A stretch of 64,000 bases of DNA. Source: Iphione sp. A-MEVVRFRX5 (Eukaryota). The notes under the pieces were generated by a model that was not told the DNA's origin, searched no databases, and saw nothing but the letters and a program-made list of their open reading frames with translations. The DNA is taken from positions 1,612,001 to 1,676,000 of the forward strand of contig OZ320323.1 in assembly GCA_976226885.1 (NCBI GenBank), given 5' to 3'. Shown here in pieces: positions 33,700 through 47,377 of the stretch (its first letter is position 1; the number at the start of each line of letters is the position of its first letter). The position numbers were made by a program, and so were the translations under genes.

Positions 33700-36600
33700 G
33701 GAGAGCACTGGAGACATGTCTACTCACAAGCCATGCTGTTGTGGTCTACCTCTTTCTTCGTCAAGTAACAGATACACCCAATAATTATGACCCTTTCCAC
33801 CTGATGTGCTATTGCAGTACATTCAATTGTGCTCACAAGCCTTTGTAGATCATATCCAGGGAATATGTTTAACTGTGTAAATGGTTGAAAAGTAGTGTGG
33901 AATGTGTTGCAATTTTTGTTGTAGTCTGAAGGTACATTCGTCCAGTACATTGAAAAAGTCATTAACAAGTTCATCCTCACCTTCCCTCCTTAGTGTTACA
34001 ACCTCTTTCTTTGTCAAGTTACAGATACCCCCAATAATTATGACCCCTTCCACCTGATGTGCTATTGCAGTACATTCAGTTGTGCTCACAAGCCTTTGTA
34101 GATCATATCCAGGGAATATGTTTACCAATATGTTTATTCCCTCTTGCAGATGTCTTCCATGCAGGACTGTCCTTTTGGGCTTACTGGAAATACACTCTCC
34201 ACACTGGATGACTAAAAAGTACACAAAAATTCACATTCTTGTTTAGTTGAAATTTCTCATTCTTGTTTAGTTGAAATTTCTCTACAGGTACATTCTATGA
34301 TATATGGTCTCATTTGAGATCGTTAATTGCATTTATTCCAGTTATTTGGTCCGACTCAGGGCCACTATCCCCTTGCTCACTGACAAAATGAAGGTTTTGG
34401 AATTGGTAATTGTTGTTTTATATATCATCTTTAGCTGCAGGGTGAAATACAGCAGATACTTTGTAATGTTGTATTTCAAACATTCCATACCCTCTTTTCA
34501 TAATATCCCATATTAGCTCTCTTTTCCACAAGAAACTTCATATATTCAGGTGACCTAAAAGCAGTCTAGTTTGAGACATTTATTTTGTTTTTTTCCTTCT
34601 TCATACCGGTTTCCCTTTCCTTATGTTCCAGTTCATACTATCCTACAGTATATTACATATAACATATATCTGGAACAATACACATGAGTAATGGTGTGAT
34701 AGAATATTAATTATGACAATAAATTTTATTGTGCCTTAGTGGTACATTTCTACCCATAAAATCATATGATATTATTCATTGGGTAGACATTTTTGGGTAT
34801 GGCACCTGAGCTACTCTGGACATCTTCAAGCTCGTTCTCGTCTATTGAATAGCCTCACCATGACCTGATCTTGCTATTTCTCTGTACTTCCACCCTCCTT
34901 CCCATTTTTAGATCTTCCTTCCATACTCATGATAAACAGTCAAAGAATGTCTTAAATATTCTCACCAATATTCTCAGGTCTTTTTGGGTTGGGTGACATC
35001 CATCATCTAGATCATACATTTGTATTGACACCCCCCCCCCCGATGACCTGCGATGAGTAAAGTATTCCACCCTTGGAGTTGGTCTTCCATTGAATAAATG
35101 TATCTTATGTATTTTACTCTTGCTATGATACGATTTGGGTTGTACTGATTTTGGCCACTGTCATTTATTGCAGCACCTTCGTTTAGGCTCATATTATATT
35201 TGAACATGTTTACGGAGTATATGGTACAGAAATAATAGGGAATGTCCCAGTTTTTAATACAGGCGAAAATTGCAGTCATTCAGGGTGTTCATGAACTCCT
35301 CCATCAAGTCCTCCTCTCTTTCTTTACATGAGGTAACATGTGCGTAATAGTCTCACTTGGCATGAGGTGTTATCTTATTTTTTACTGGCACACACAAGGG
35401 TAGAAATAACCATTTGGGTTCTTACTCATGGAACATCACTGACCCACTCTCAAGACTACCCACTTCAACCAGGAGTAAATCAGTAGTTATATATAAGCAC
35501 CAGACGGAGTGTGCCAAAATATAGTAAGCACCAAGTATTATGGATCTCCTGGACTAAGTATCTCATGGCCTTGAGTAAACATTACTGTGTGCGTTCAGGC
35601 AGAACCAGTTCAGCTAGCCATCTGTGAGGTGATCACGTCTTTGGGACTAAAATCTTGATTGGGTTTCTTGCTGATGGATTGGCCAATTTCAATACTAGTG
35701 CTTTGAGCTGCTCAGGCTTGTGGACCCGTTCATTGGAATGCTGTAGTCCTGGATTGGAGTTCCAGGAAAAATATCTGTACTCAAATGATGGCACATTGCC
35801 CCTACCTTTCCATCATCACATGGATCAAACGAACCTAATAGTAATCTTTGTTATACACCCTCTTGAATTTAATGATTCAGTTTAATCTAAGTAGTACTAT
35901 TGTAACTTGTATAAAGTTCCTAATGGGCTCCTAGATGCTCAAAGAATGTTTTTAATACCTTCACCAGAATCCTCAGCTCTCTCACAGTTAGGTGACAGCC
36001 ATCCTCTAAGTCATGCAGTCTTACTGTTGTCCTACCAGAGGCTCGTTGGTGTGTCAGATAACCTATCCTAGGTGTGGTTCTACCATTGTAGTGACCCCCA
36101 TTCAACCGCATGTTGTATTTAAACATATTAACTGTGTAAATGATTGAAAACTAGTTTGGTATGTGTTGCAATTTTTGTTGTAGTCTGAAGATACATTCGT
36201 CCAGTACATTGAAAAGGTTGTGTGCTGCATTTATGACAGGTTGTGTAGGCTCTGTTTGTTCTTCCTCTGTCTCATCTTGTTCAGATCTTGGTGAGATTTT
36301 AGCGATCTTGTACAAATTTAGCCACTCCTGGTCGCTCAGTTGGTGCTTTTTGAGGAAGTATGTTCTTTCCCTCAGGTCTCTCACCAGAGTGGCCTTGCTG
36401 TTGCTAATCAGGGACGAAGTTGTCTCAATAGCATCTTTCAGGAGGGTAGGTTTATCAGCCGTTAGTATGTTTCTCTTGGCTGAGGATTTACATTCCTCAA
36501 CTAAGTTGTGGATGATGTCTTGGCATAAGTCGGAATAGGGGCCAGGCCATAGGCCCATGGAGGATAGATGTCCTCGTTGATGAGGTGGCAGAGCCAGTCG

Positions 36601-38420
36601 GCCCTAACATTCTTGTGTATTAAATACCCTCGCCATGCCCTGATCTTGCTATTTCTCTGTACTTCCATCCTCCTTCTCATTTTTAGATCTTCCTTCCATA
36701 CTCATGATAAACAGTCAAAGAATGTCTTAAATATTCGCACCAATATTCTCAGGCTTTTTTGGGTCAGGTGACATCCATCATCAAGATCATACATTCATAT
36801 TGACACGTCCACCCACACACACACACCGCCTCCCCCCAATGACCTGGGATGAGTAAGGTATTCCACCCTTGGAGTTGGTCTTCCATAAGAAAATGTATCT
36901 TAAGTATTTTACTCTTGCTATGAATCAATCTAGTTTGTACTGATTCTGGCCACTGCCATTTATTGCAGCACCTTCGTTTAGGCTCAATTTATATTTGAAC
37001 ACGTTTATGGAGTATATGGTACAGAAATAATAGGGAATGTCCCAGTTTTTAATACAGGCAAAAATTGCAGTCATTCAGGGTGTTCATGAACTCCTCCATC
37101 AAGTCCTCCTCTCTTTCTTTATGTGAGGTAACATGTGTGCAATAGTCTCACTTGGCATGAGGTGTTATTTATCTTATTTTTATACTGGCACACACAAGGG
37201 TAGAAATAATCTTTTGGATTTTTTACTCATGGAATATCACCAACTCACTCTCAAGACTATTCACTTCAACCAGGAGTAAATCAGTAGTTATATATAAGCA
37301 CCAGATGGAGTGTGCCAAAATATAGTAAGCACCAAGTATTATGGATCTCCTGGACTAAGTATCTCATGGCCTTGAGTAAACATTGCTGTGTGCGTTTAGG
37401 CAGAACCAGTTCAGCTAGCCATCTGTGAGGTGATCACGTCTTTGGGACTAAAATCTTGATTGGGTTTCTTGCTGATGGATTGGCCAATTTCAATACTAGT
37501 GCTTTGAGCTGCTCAGGCTTGTGGACCCGTTCATTGGAATGCTGTAGTCCTGGATTGGAGTTCCAGGAAAAATATCACATGGATCAAACGAACCTAATAG
37601 TAATCCTTATTATACATTGATTTTCCTCTCATACCCTCTTGAATTGAATGATTCAGTTTAATCTAAGTAGTACTATTGTCACTTGTATAAAGTTCCTAAT
37701 GGGCTCCTAGATGCTCAAAGAATGTTTTTAATACCTTTACCAGAATCCTCAGCTCTCTCACAGTTGGGTGACAGCCATCCTCGTCAGTGTGTCAGATAAC
37801 CTATCCTAGGTGTGGTTCTACCATTGTAGTGATTTACGTAATGAATTCAGTAGTTGATCCTAGAAATCAACCGATTAAGCACATCCTGGTTACGTCCACT
37901 ATCATTTATCACAGCCCCCCCATTCAACTGCATGTTGTATTTAAACATATTAACTGTGTAAATGGTTGAAAAGTAGTATGGTATGTGTTGCAATTTTTGT
38001 TGTAGTCTGAAGGTACATTCATCCAGTACATTGAAAAAGTCATTAGCAACTTCCCTTCTTAGTGTTACAACCCCTTTCTTTGTCAAGTTACAGATACCCC
38101 CAATAATTATGACCCCTTCCACCTGATCTGCTATTGCAGTACGTTCAATTGTGCTCACAAGTCTTTGTAGGTAATATCCAGGGAATATGTTTACCAATAT
38201 GTTTACCAATATGTTTATTCCCTCTTGCAGATGTCTCCCATGCAGGACTGTCCTTTTGGGCTTATTTGAAATACACTCTTCATACCGGATGACTAAAAAA
38301 TACTCAAAAATTTACATTCTTGTTTAGTTGAAATTTCTCACATTCTTATTTAGTTGAAATTTTTCCACAGGTGTACATTCTATGATATATGGTCTCATTT
38401 GAGATTATTAATTGCATTTA
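33700..38420 (-). repeat. Cluster of duplicated SGNH-ORF fragments
   Basis: SGNH motifs (IFPG, GVIIIGGICNLT, IPYYFSTIY..NMFKYN, EDGCHL) recur at 33720-34224, 35007-35279, 35920-36250, ~36850-37090 and 37700-38209. DNA blocks ~34860-35990 and ~36640-37780 are near-duplicates, as are ~33860-34390 and ~37930-38460. Confidence 0.85.
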
Positions 38421-39069
38421 TTCCAGTTATTTAGTCTGACTCAGGGCCACTATCCCCTTGCTGACACACATAACACCCCATTGCATTTATTCCAGTTATT
38501 TAGTCTGACTCAGGGCCACTATCCCCTTGCTGACACACATAACGCCCCCCCCCCCGTAATATCATTATGGAGGTGAATCCCTGATTGTCCATTCTCTCAA
38601 TTTCATGGGTCAGTCACTGAAGTCCTCCTCCTGGTATTACTACGACCTGGCATGGGATACCCTGTCTCTGTAGCAGAGCCTGGATACCCCCTTCAGGTGA
38701 TGATGCAACTACAAGCAGCATTATGATAAGATCAAGTTCGAATATCGTCAGTGGCTTATTTGCTGGTCATCAATGCAGATCCTCTTCCTGCTGGCACTGC
38801 AGCAGCCTATCGGGGTGAATCGAGACGGTTACTTCTGCGTCTCTTTCCTGCACCTTTTCTTGACACCGTTTTGACCCTCAGCTGTTTGCTCATTCTCTGT
38901 AACAATAATATTGCAAAGTATATCAATTGTCAATTCATTTCGGCACGTTTCCAGATTTTATAATCTGATTAGCAGAAGGGTGGGTTTGCTGGAAATGACC
39001 AGCTTCTGTTTGTTGAACACATACATTGTCAGCATACTCATTTCATCACTCACTCATGGTACTGTCTGT

Positions 39070-39228
39070 GTCATCTTGTAGATTGTCTCTTGCCTCCATT
39101 AGTATGTGACCAAAGATATTTTTACCATGAAATTCCTCCCTCCCACAAGCCTGGCCATACCCACAGCGGCTCCCCAGTACCTTTTTGTTTGTTGCTAAAA
39201 TTAGCTGATCCTCTCTCGTTGTGACTAG
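39070..39228 (-). pseudogene. Third NADAR C-terminal fragment (not in the ORF track; frameshifted)
   Basis: Manual translation across frameshifts gives LVTTREDQLILATNKK-YWGAAVGMARL...EFHGKNIFGHILMEARDNL, which aligns to the NADAR ends at 18227 and 50456. Confidence 0.7.
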
Positions 39229-39885
39229 TTTAGCCTACAGCTGCAGTGCATATCACCTCTTACTCTCTGTGTCACTTATACTGAGTCAGTACCTTCTTTG
39301 ATAGTACTCGTGTATTGTGCTAACAGCTCAAAAACAAAAAAAAGCCTTGCATGTGGTTTTTTTTTATTTCTGTCATATTGCCATGAGACCAATCAGTCCC
39401 TTTACCAGCAAACAGGTCTATTTACTGTCTCCATGAAGACATCTATCCTGTTCCCATACTTCCATACAGTTTTGTATCATGTCCCGATGTTTTAGTAGAT
39501 TATCATACATTACATTTTAGATTTCATCAATTCTTCGTTTAATATTCTACCATCAATTTACACAATTTCCTATAAAGATAAGATAAAATAAAACTAAAAA
39601 TAGATAAAAGAATGAGATGATTATATTCCTTTATCTGAAAAATTTTTAAATTACTAACAGAAAAATGAACCAAATATCCTAGACATAACCAATGTCATCA
39701 TCCTTTTGACCTCCTTCCATCAACATATAGTATCTTCAGGGTACGTAATAGTTATTTTTCTCATACCTTTTCCACAACATTGAATGTAACTTACACTTAA
39801 AAGTCACCAGTTTCTCCTCAATCCTAACATTGTTTGGTAGTAAATTCCAGGCCATACTACCCTTGTAATTCCAGCTCTTCCTATA

Positions 39886-42184
39886 CTATTCTTTCCTCAC
39901 TGTTCTCATAGTTATCTGTCTCCCCCTCCTTCCCCTATATTTTAGGAGAAACAACTCATTACCTTGTATCATACACTTATGCACCATTGTTACTGCATAC
40001 TTTAGCATTCCCAGCTTGACTGGCAGTATTTTTTTCTTAATCTTATAATCTAATACCCCAGCATTATCTGTTCTTAAGGCTATCTTATATAACCAATTCA
40101 GTTTTGTTTCTATCTGTTTGGTTGCTCTTACTCCTATTACCGCATGCCCATATAGAAATACTGGCTCTACCATTGTACGGACCACTGCTATTGCAGTCTT
40201 TACTGTCAGATATTTACGTAGTCTCTTTGGTATTCTTTATAGCATATCTTCCTTTCCACATAGTTCACATTGTTGGAATGTTAGTTTTTCATCAATTATT
40301 ACTCCCAGGTAGTTATAGCTTGTAACCTGAGACAGTATTTCACCATCTAATGTTAAACTCCCATAAGCACTGCCATCAACCCTATGACGTCCACAGAACA
40401 GTGTATATTTTGTTTTTGATACATTTAGCAGTATTCTATTTACACTACACCATTGTTGAATTCTATTCAATTCTATTCAATATCCTCTGCGACTTATCCA
40501 TACACTCATCCCAGGATACCCCATTTACTATAATGGCAGTGTCATCTGCATATAAGATCACATCTCCCTCTGTCATTGATGTAAATTGTAAACAATACTG
40601 GCCCCTACAGGCTTCCCTGTGGGACCCCAGAATGGACAGGCCTTTCCTGTGAGATTGTTTTATTCACCTTTATGTATTGCTTTCTACCTGTAAGATACTG
40701 CCAGATCAAATGCACCATATTTTCTCCACAGTATCCTTTTACCTTTTGATACAATATGTAGTGGTCAAGTGTAGTGTATATTCCATTCCCTTTTTCATGT
40801 ACTGACTACTAATTCCATCCATACCTGAAGCTTTATCTGTCTTTATTTGCTTTACAGCCTTTTCTACTAAGTCCACCCCCGTATCCATGTCGCAGGCACC
40901 ATCTATATAATTTACTTCACCCTGCTGTATTTTAGTTATCCCTAAATTCCTATAAATTCTCTCTCCTACCCCCATGAAAAATACATTAATGATTTCCCCC
41001 ACTTCTTGTCCGTTTGCATCTCTGGCTCCATCCCTTAGTCTCACCTCACCTCTGCATCGCTGCTTATAGGACAGTATTGTTCTAACCTCCCTCCAGAACT
41101 TTTTAGAATCTTTCCTTTTTTCATCAACCTTATCAATATAGTACTGTCCTCTGCTCTTTTCTGTTTCCTTCTTACAGGCCTTTCGTGCTTGCTTATATTC
41201 CTCCCATTTCTGTTCACTCCTGTCTTTACAGAATATCCTTAGAGCTTGTTCCCTCTTTCTGATTAATCTTCGTACGCTTCCATTTCTCCATGGTGCCCTT
41301 CCATCTACCCTTACCCTGATTTTTCTCAAAGAGGCTATTTCATCTAGCACTGCTATTATATTACCCCCCCATATGGCAGCCAACAGATCAGTATCATTTA
41401 TAGTATAAAACTCAGTCCAATCCTTTTCCACTAGCAAATCCTTAAATTTTTCATCTGAGTAATTTTTACAACTTCGTATATTTTTATATTCCCCTGCCGA
41501 CTGCTCCTTCTCGCATACTAACCTACCTTAAACCGCATAGTGATTACTTATGCATATCTTCCTTACCTGTACCTCACTTTTAGGTCCTCATGTTCTATCC
41601 ATACATCTATTGAGCTGCTCCCCTGCCTATATATATAGGTTTCTTCCTTAACACGATTTATCAGTCCATACCGCAATAACATATTCTATCAATCTTTTCC
41701 CCGGTTTACAGGATCCCATATCAATATTCAAATCCCCTACAATAATCGTCTTATGATTCCCTTTTAAACTAGGTAGTATCTTATTTACCCTTTCAGTAGC
41801 GATCACTACTTCTCCCTGTGGCGGTCGATATATGCATGTAATATTTATATGGCATCGAGTCCCCACACCACATTTTACTACCATGTATTCCAAGTTTTTG
41901 TCACTTCCCTTTTCTCCTAGGGTTAGAATAAACCTTTTCTTAGTATATACCAATATACCCCCTCCCTTTTTCTTTCCTCCTCTATCTTGTCTACATGTGT
42001 CATATCCGTCCCAAGCTATCGCTTGGTTTATTATTTGGTCATATAACCATGTCTCAGTTAAGACAATCATATCATAGAAATCACCAACTAGATCCCGTAC
42101 TTCTTCCCTTTTCCTAAAGTAGCTTCGTACATTCAGACTAAAAATTGATATCCTTTTATCTGTCATTGTATATTCCTTTCCCAT
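39886..42184 (-). pseudogene. CR1/L2-group LINE ORF2 with an internal deletion in the RT
   Basis: APE NVRS/TETW/YRPP/GDLN (41648-42184); linker 40739-41437; YADD and YLGV near 40290-40550; C-terminus similar to 15019-15456. Confidence 0.9.
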
Positions 42185-42399
42185 CTTCCCTCATTACACC
42201 GTGTCTCTATATCTTTGGTCAGCTGCAAGTTCCGCCCATCGGATAGCAATACCACTAACATTATCATTATGTCTGTGAATCTTGTTGTGTACACGATGAT
42301 AGCAATGATGATTTTTTTTACTTAAAATATAGTTAAAATTTAAGTTTAAATTGCTCATCATGTACACCATATGACACCCATGGCAGGTGATGCAGTTGG

Positions 42400-44135
42400 T
42401 TGCCTATCAGCTACATTGTTATGTACATTATTTACATCAATCATGCGACCCAGAAAGATGATGTACAAACTTTTTCAAAAGTTCTACAAGCTTCTTTTTC
42501 CCAGTATGGCCTTGGTGGCATCCATCCCATAGCTCATTGTACCTGACTACATCCTGTCCTCCCATCCTCTTGTGTGTCATTGTCCCAACTCATGGTGTGC
42601 TTCTGCCATTGGTATAGTTCAAATTAGTTATATATTCATTCACATGCCATATTGCATTACTCAGTATGTATTGCTTCCTACTTAGGTCGCCCATATACCA
42701 CCCATTATTCAAGTGAATATTGTATTTGATCAGATTCATCCCGAAGATCATTGCAAAATAGAATTCCTTGTCAGGAATTGCTGAACGCAACAGAGCATTA
42801 CTCTCATAGTAGTATTCAGGACCTGGTTTACAAGGTCAGACATGTTATCCTCCTTGAGGTCTATCCATGTCCTCCATACACCACCTCTCCAGCCTACTTT
42901 CTTCTCAGTGAAGTTGCAGATACCTCTCATTATTATCAAACCCTCAACATTGTCTGGGAATACATCGCCTTGTATCACATCGGCAATATCTTGCACATTG
43001 AAACCAGGGTAGTTCCTTGTTAAAAGTGGGACTCCATACTCTGCTATCAAGCTGTTAAGGTTCCTTCCTCGTGAGTCTGAGATTAGATAATACATATTAA
43101 GGTTTCTCTTAGCTTTCTGCACTGCAACCTGCTTCTCCAGATCTGTTCAGCACGGACCAGATTTGGAATCAGGATCACAGCTGTTTCTTATGCCTCCTCG
43201 GTAGCCTATCGGCTACATTGTTATATACATTATTTACATCAATCATGCGACCCAGAAATATGATGTACAAACTTTTTCAGAAGTTCTACGAGTATGGCCT
43301 TGGTGGCATCCATCCCATAGCTCATTTTACCTGACTCATTGTCCCAACTCATGGTGTGCTTCTGCAATTGGTATAGTTCAAATTAGTTATATATTCGTTC
43401 ACATGCCATATTGCATTACTCAGTATGTACTTCTTCCTACTTAGGTCGCCCATATACCACCCATTATTCAAGTGAATGTTGTATTTGATTAGATTCATTC
43501 AAAAGATCGTTGCAAAATAGAATTCCTTGTCAGGAATTGCTGAACGCAACAGAACATTACTCTCATAGTAGTCATTCAGGACCTGGTTTACAAGGTCAGA
43601 CATGTTATCCTCCTTGAGGTCTATCCATGTCCTCCATACACCACCTCTCCAGCCTACTTTCTTCTCAGTGAAGTTGCAGATACCTCTCATTATTATCAAA
43701 CCCTCAACATTGTCTGGGAATACATCACCTTGTATCACATCGGCAATATCTTGCACATTGAAACCAGGGTAGTTCCTTGTTACAAGTGGGACCCCATACT
43801 CTGCTATCAAGCTGTTAAGGTTCCTTCCTCATGAGTCTGAGATTAGATAATACAATATTAAGGTTTCTCTTAGCTTTCTGCACTGCAACCTGCTTCTCCA
43901 GATGTCTGTTCAGCACAGACCAGATTTGGAATCAGGATCGCAGCTGTTTCTTATGCCTCCTCAGTAGCCTATCGGCTACATTGTTATGTACATTATTTAC
44001 ATCAATCATGCGACCCAGAAATATGATGTACAAACTTTTTCAAAAGTTCTACAAGGTTCCTTTTCCCAGTATAGCCTTGGTGGCATCCATCCCATAGCTC
44101 ATTGTACCTGACTACATCCCGTCCTCCCATCCTCT
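42400..44135 (-). repeat. Tandem ~0.78-kb duplications of an SGNH ORF (2 near-full copies + 1 partial)
   Basis: The marker gcctatc(a/g)gctacattgtta recurs at ~42400, ~43203 and ~43967. Copy 1 reads MYYLISDSRG (ATG 43095)...GICN...WDGCH. Confidence 0.88.
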
Positions 44136-44140
44136 TAGTT

Positions 44141-44508
44141 CTGTCGAGAGGGTTTGAGATTAAGAAGTTTAGGATTGAAATGATAACATATACATTGACA
44201 TCATCTACTTCATTTACTTGTGGTCCTCTTTCAAGGACTATATGTACTCAGCATATATCGACAATCAATTGAAAGCCTACTCTATCGAGAGGATAATCGC
44301 ACTCCCCATACTGGTACATAATATACCAGTAGTATATAGGCACATTTCTTTATCAAGAAAATTTGTTTACTAAACGGTGCGCATTCGTTATAATACGGTC
44401 ACTTACCTTATCCCTTATTCTATTTCTACCTTTTAATAGTACTTTTCTGGTCCTGACAGCATTATAGAGTGACACCCATCTCACAATGCATGTTCTGCAT
44501 CATTTGCC
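44141..44508. repeat. Uninterrupted paralogue of 45629-45793 + 50127-50336 (empty site of Ngaro element 2)
   Basis: Near-identical DNA. It reads gataatcgca-CTC-cccatactgg at 44292-44314, versus ...gca-CTA-[element]-CTA-cccatactgg. Confidence 0.92.
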
Positions 44509-45042
44509 ACCCTACAATGGGTAAGTGTGCCTATCCTACAGGTTATTCTACCATTTTGGTAGTTCAGATGGGTTATATACTCATTGATATGCCATAACGC
44601 ATTGTTTAAAACACATTGTTTTCTGCTCATACCATTCAACCATAACCCCCCCATTATAGTTTATATTTAGTTTGAACAGATTTGCCCCGTATATTGTACA
44701 GAAATAGAACGGCAGGTCCTGTAGAGTCTCACACAACTGAATATTAGCCTGATCATATACGTTCATCACATGGTTTACCAGGTCACTCATGTTGTTGTCC
44801 CTAAGGTCAATGTGTTTGTAACTCTTGCCACACCACCACCTTGTTTCCTTTCTAGTGATGTTACATATACCAGCCATGATCACTATGCCATCCAGATCAT
44901 GCATCAGACTGGAGCATTTGATTTCATGTACTAATTTTCCTATTGTAAAACCTGGAAAGTTCTTGATCAGGACTGGATATCTGTGAAATGGTAGTTCATC
45001 CAGGAGGCCCCGCCCCCTCGAGTCACCAAACACAATATACAT
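44460..45042 (-). pseudogene. SGNH hydrolase ORF (diverged paralogue)
   Basis: MYIVFGDSRGRG (canonical GDS), FPG, IMAGICN. After a frameshift it continues LNNALWHINEYI...DGCH. Confidence 0.82.
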
Positions 45043-46336
45043 TCTTCTCGAATTTTACACATCACCGTTGGTTTTTACGTACGATCACCAGTCAATTATT
45101 TTACTCTCAAGCTGAAAATCTTAACAATTATTAACATAAATGATATGCTTATCTTCCTCCTGGTGTGTTCCTTGTCGACCGTCTGTATGTGTCTATCATA
45201 GCATGTCCGTATTACTGTCGACCGTCTGTATGTGTCTATCATAGCATGTCCGTATTACTATCTTCTACCCTCAGCGTGCCTCGTGTTGTCAGAGCATTAA
45301 CCATAAACCAACTGTTCTCCAACTGCAAAGTCTCCTGTTAATTGAAAAACATATCAATACATATAGATTATAACTACATACCATGCAGTTTCACAACAGT
45401 GTACCATTAGTATATGTTATCACATATTCTAAGGTACCGGGCCATGCTGGATAATGTCACCATTGGGCGTAAAGTGCCCCTCATATACAGACTCTGGGGA
45501 TAGGCTATCACCTATTTTCAAGAGACCGTTCATACCAATTGTTGTGGGTAACCTTTACAGTTTCAGTTTTACAGACCTGCCTGTATTTTAAGTTCTGTGT
45601 TTTAATCTTTCTTCCGTTACATTCCCTCTCTGTCAAGAGGGTTTGAGATTAAGAAGTCTAGGATTGAAATGATAACATATACATTGACATCATCTACTTC
45701 ATTTACTCGTGGTCCTCTTTCAAGGACTATATATACTCAGCATATATCGACAGTCAATTGAAAGCCTACTCTATCGAGAGGATAATCGCACTATCACACC
45801 ACTAGACACAACACTTTGTATTTCTTGGCAAATAAACGTCTTTATTGGAGACTTGATTTCACTCTTGGCCATTTCTAGGCCTTGTTATATACATCATGAA
45901 CTCTTTCTTGTCTTTATTGAAACTAGACCATCAATATAAAGAGCCCTTCTCTGTATTGGTTAACACAGGTCTCATGACTGTGAATAACACTTTGAATAAC
46001 ACTTTACTTGCTATACATCGAGATGCTGGGGCGGGTGGCGGTCAAACGGCTTCGCTGGCAGGGCTACACGCAGTGGTTGGCGGTGACGTGCGTCACCCTT
46101 ATATTACCTGCCAGCTAGTGCCTCCCTCTGGCGTGATAATTTGGAACACTCCAGTTCCCCACCTATCACACCACTAGACAACACTTTGTATTTCTTGGCA
46201 AATAAACGTCTTTATTGGAGACTTGATTTCACTCTTGGCCATTTCTAGGCCTTGTTATATACATCATGAACTCTTTCTTGTCTTTATTGAAACTAGACCA
46301 TCAATATAAAGAGCCAGGCAAAATGAAACAAAGCAG

Positions 46337-47251
46337 TTAACACTGAGCTGCATCCCTAAGGATTTTTGCAGCTTGTCTCGAGTCCTCCTCTTGCTGTGTG
46401 TAGACTAACACTGATGGAGCACTAACCCACGTACCTTGCGCCATAATCTGTGCAGTCGTAGCCCCTGCTTTCTGTAGTGTAACGGCGCCACCCCTCCTAA
46501 AGCTATGGAGGGAGAAATTAGAATGTTCAAAGCCTATCTGTTTATTCAACAGCTCAAAAACATCCTGTATTTGCTTGGTTGTTATGGGGAGCATAGTCAT
46601 AGGATCACAGAACAGCGGTTGCGAATCTGAAATCCGAGGAACTCTTTCCAACATACCTTTTATTGCCCCGTGAGGACAGGTGCGAGTGTCTGTCTTGGGG
46701 AGGAATATAAAACGTGCATTATTCTTATCTATGGTTTTGGACCATTTTACTTTGAGCTTAATACTGTCCCGATTGAGAACAACATCTCCCATTGTTAGGT
46801 GTTTTTCCGGATCAAAAAGCAAAGGGGACCTAGGGGCTATGTTTGACTGTCTTAACAGTGAATAAAACAAACATGCAAAAACTGCTTTCAACACAACTCC
46901 CAAGGGGCCAAAACCGTCTAACCGTTCTACAATCAAGGCAAGGTGGTCCAACAAGACTGGATGTTTCCTGTTAATTCTATGTGAGGATGTTTTTGCGACT
47001 GCTCTAACTGCAACTCTTATTTCCGGAGCATTATATACCTCTTGAGAAACGCCTAATTTTCTGAGGGCCATCTTCACATTCGAAATATACTGGGCAATTA
47101 CAGCTGGTGTGAGGCCTTGATCGACCAAATATTCTATAAAAAGTAATACCTCAGAATTTGTAATGGCATGTATATCTATACCAAAATATGTGCAGAATCC
47201 TATGAAAGTTGAAATGTGTGATATCCTTCGACTGTGAGTCTCTGGGGTCAT
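46337..47251 (-). CDS. Tyrosine recombinase (Ngaro element 2)
   Basis: FYSLLRQSNI, WSKT, HSFRRGGA, GTWVSAPSVLVY. Confidence 0.93.
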   Translation of the reverse strand: MTPETHSRRISHISTFIGFCTYFGIDIHAITNSEVLLFIEYLVDQGLTPAVIAQYISNVKMALRKLGVSQEVYNAPEIRVAVRAVAKTSSHRINRKHPVLLDHLALIVERLDGFGPLGVVLKAVFACLFYSLLRQSNIAPRSPLLFDPEKHLTMGDVVLNRDSIKLKVKWSKTIDKNNARFIFLPKTDTRTCPHGAIKGMLERVPRISDSQPLFCDPMTMLPITTKQIQDVFELLNKQIGFEHSNFSLHSFRRGGAVTLQKAGATTAQIMAQGTWVSAPSVLVYTQQEEDSRQAAKILRDAAQC

Positions 47252-47377
47252 GTCCTGCGTCTGTCTGCGTGCCGCTCTCTCTGCGAGTTGTAACAGCCGG
47301 GGATCTGAAGTAAAGCTTATTTGTTAATTATTTTGCTAAGCATTGCCTGGTCGGGGTACAACCTCTTCAATCTCTTG

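Noticed and set aside
35500-35830. Possible extra conserved ORF in the duplicated block (also ~37300-37580)
   Set aside because: Multiple stops and no recognisable motif; the similarity is explained by recent duplication.
38412-45260. Short tandem duplications (~65 bp at 38412-38543; 43 bp at ~45175-45260)
   Set aside because: Ordinary local slippage duplications in non-coding relic sequence; no further structure seen.
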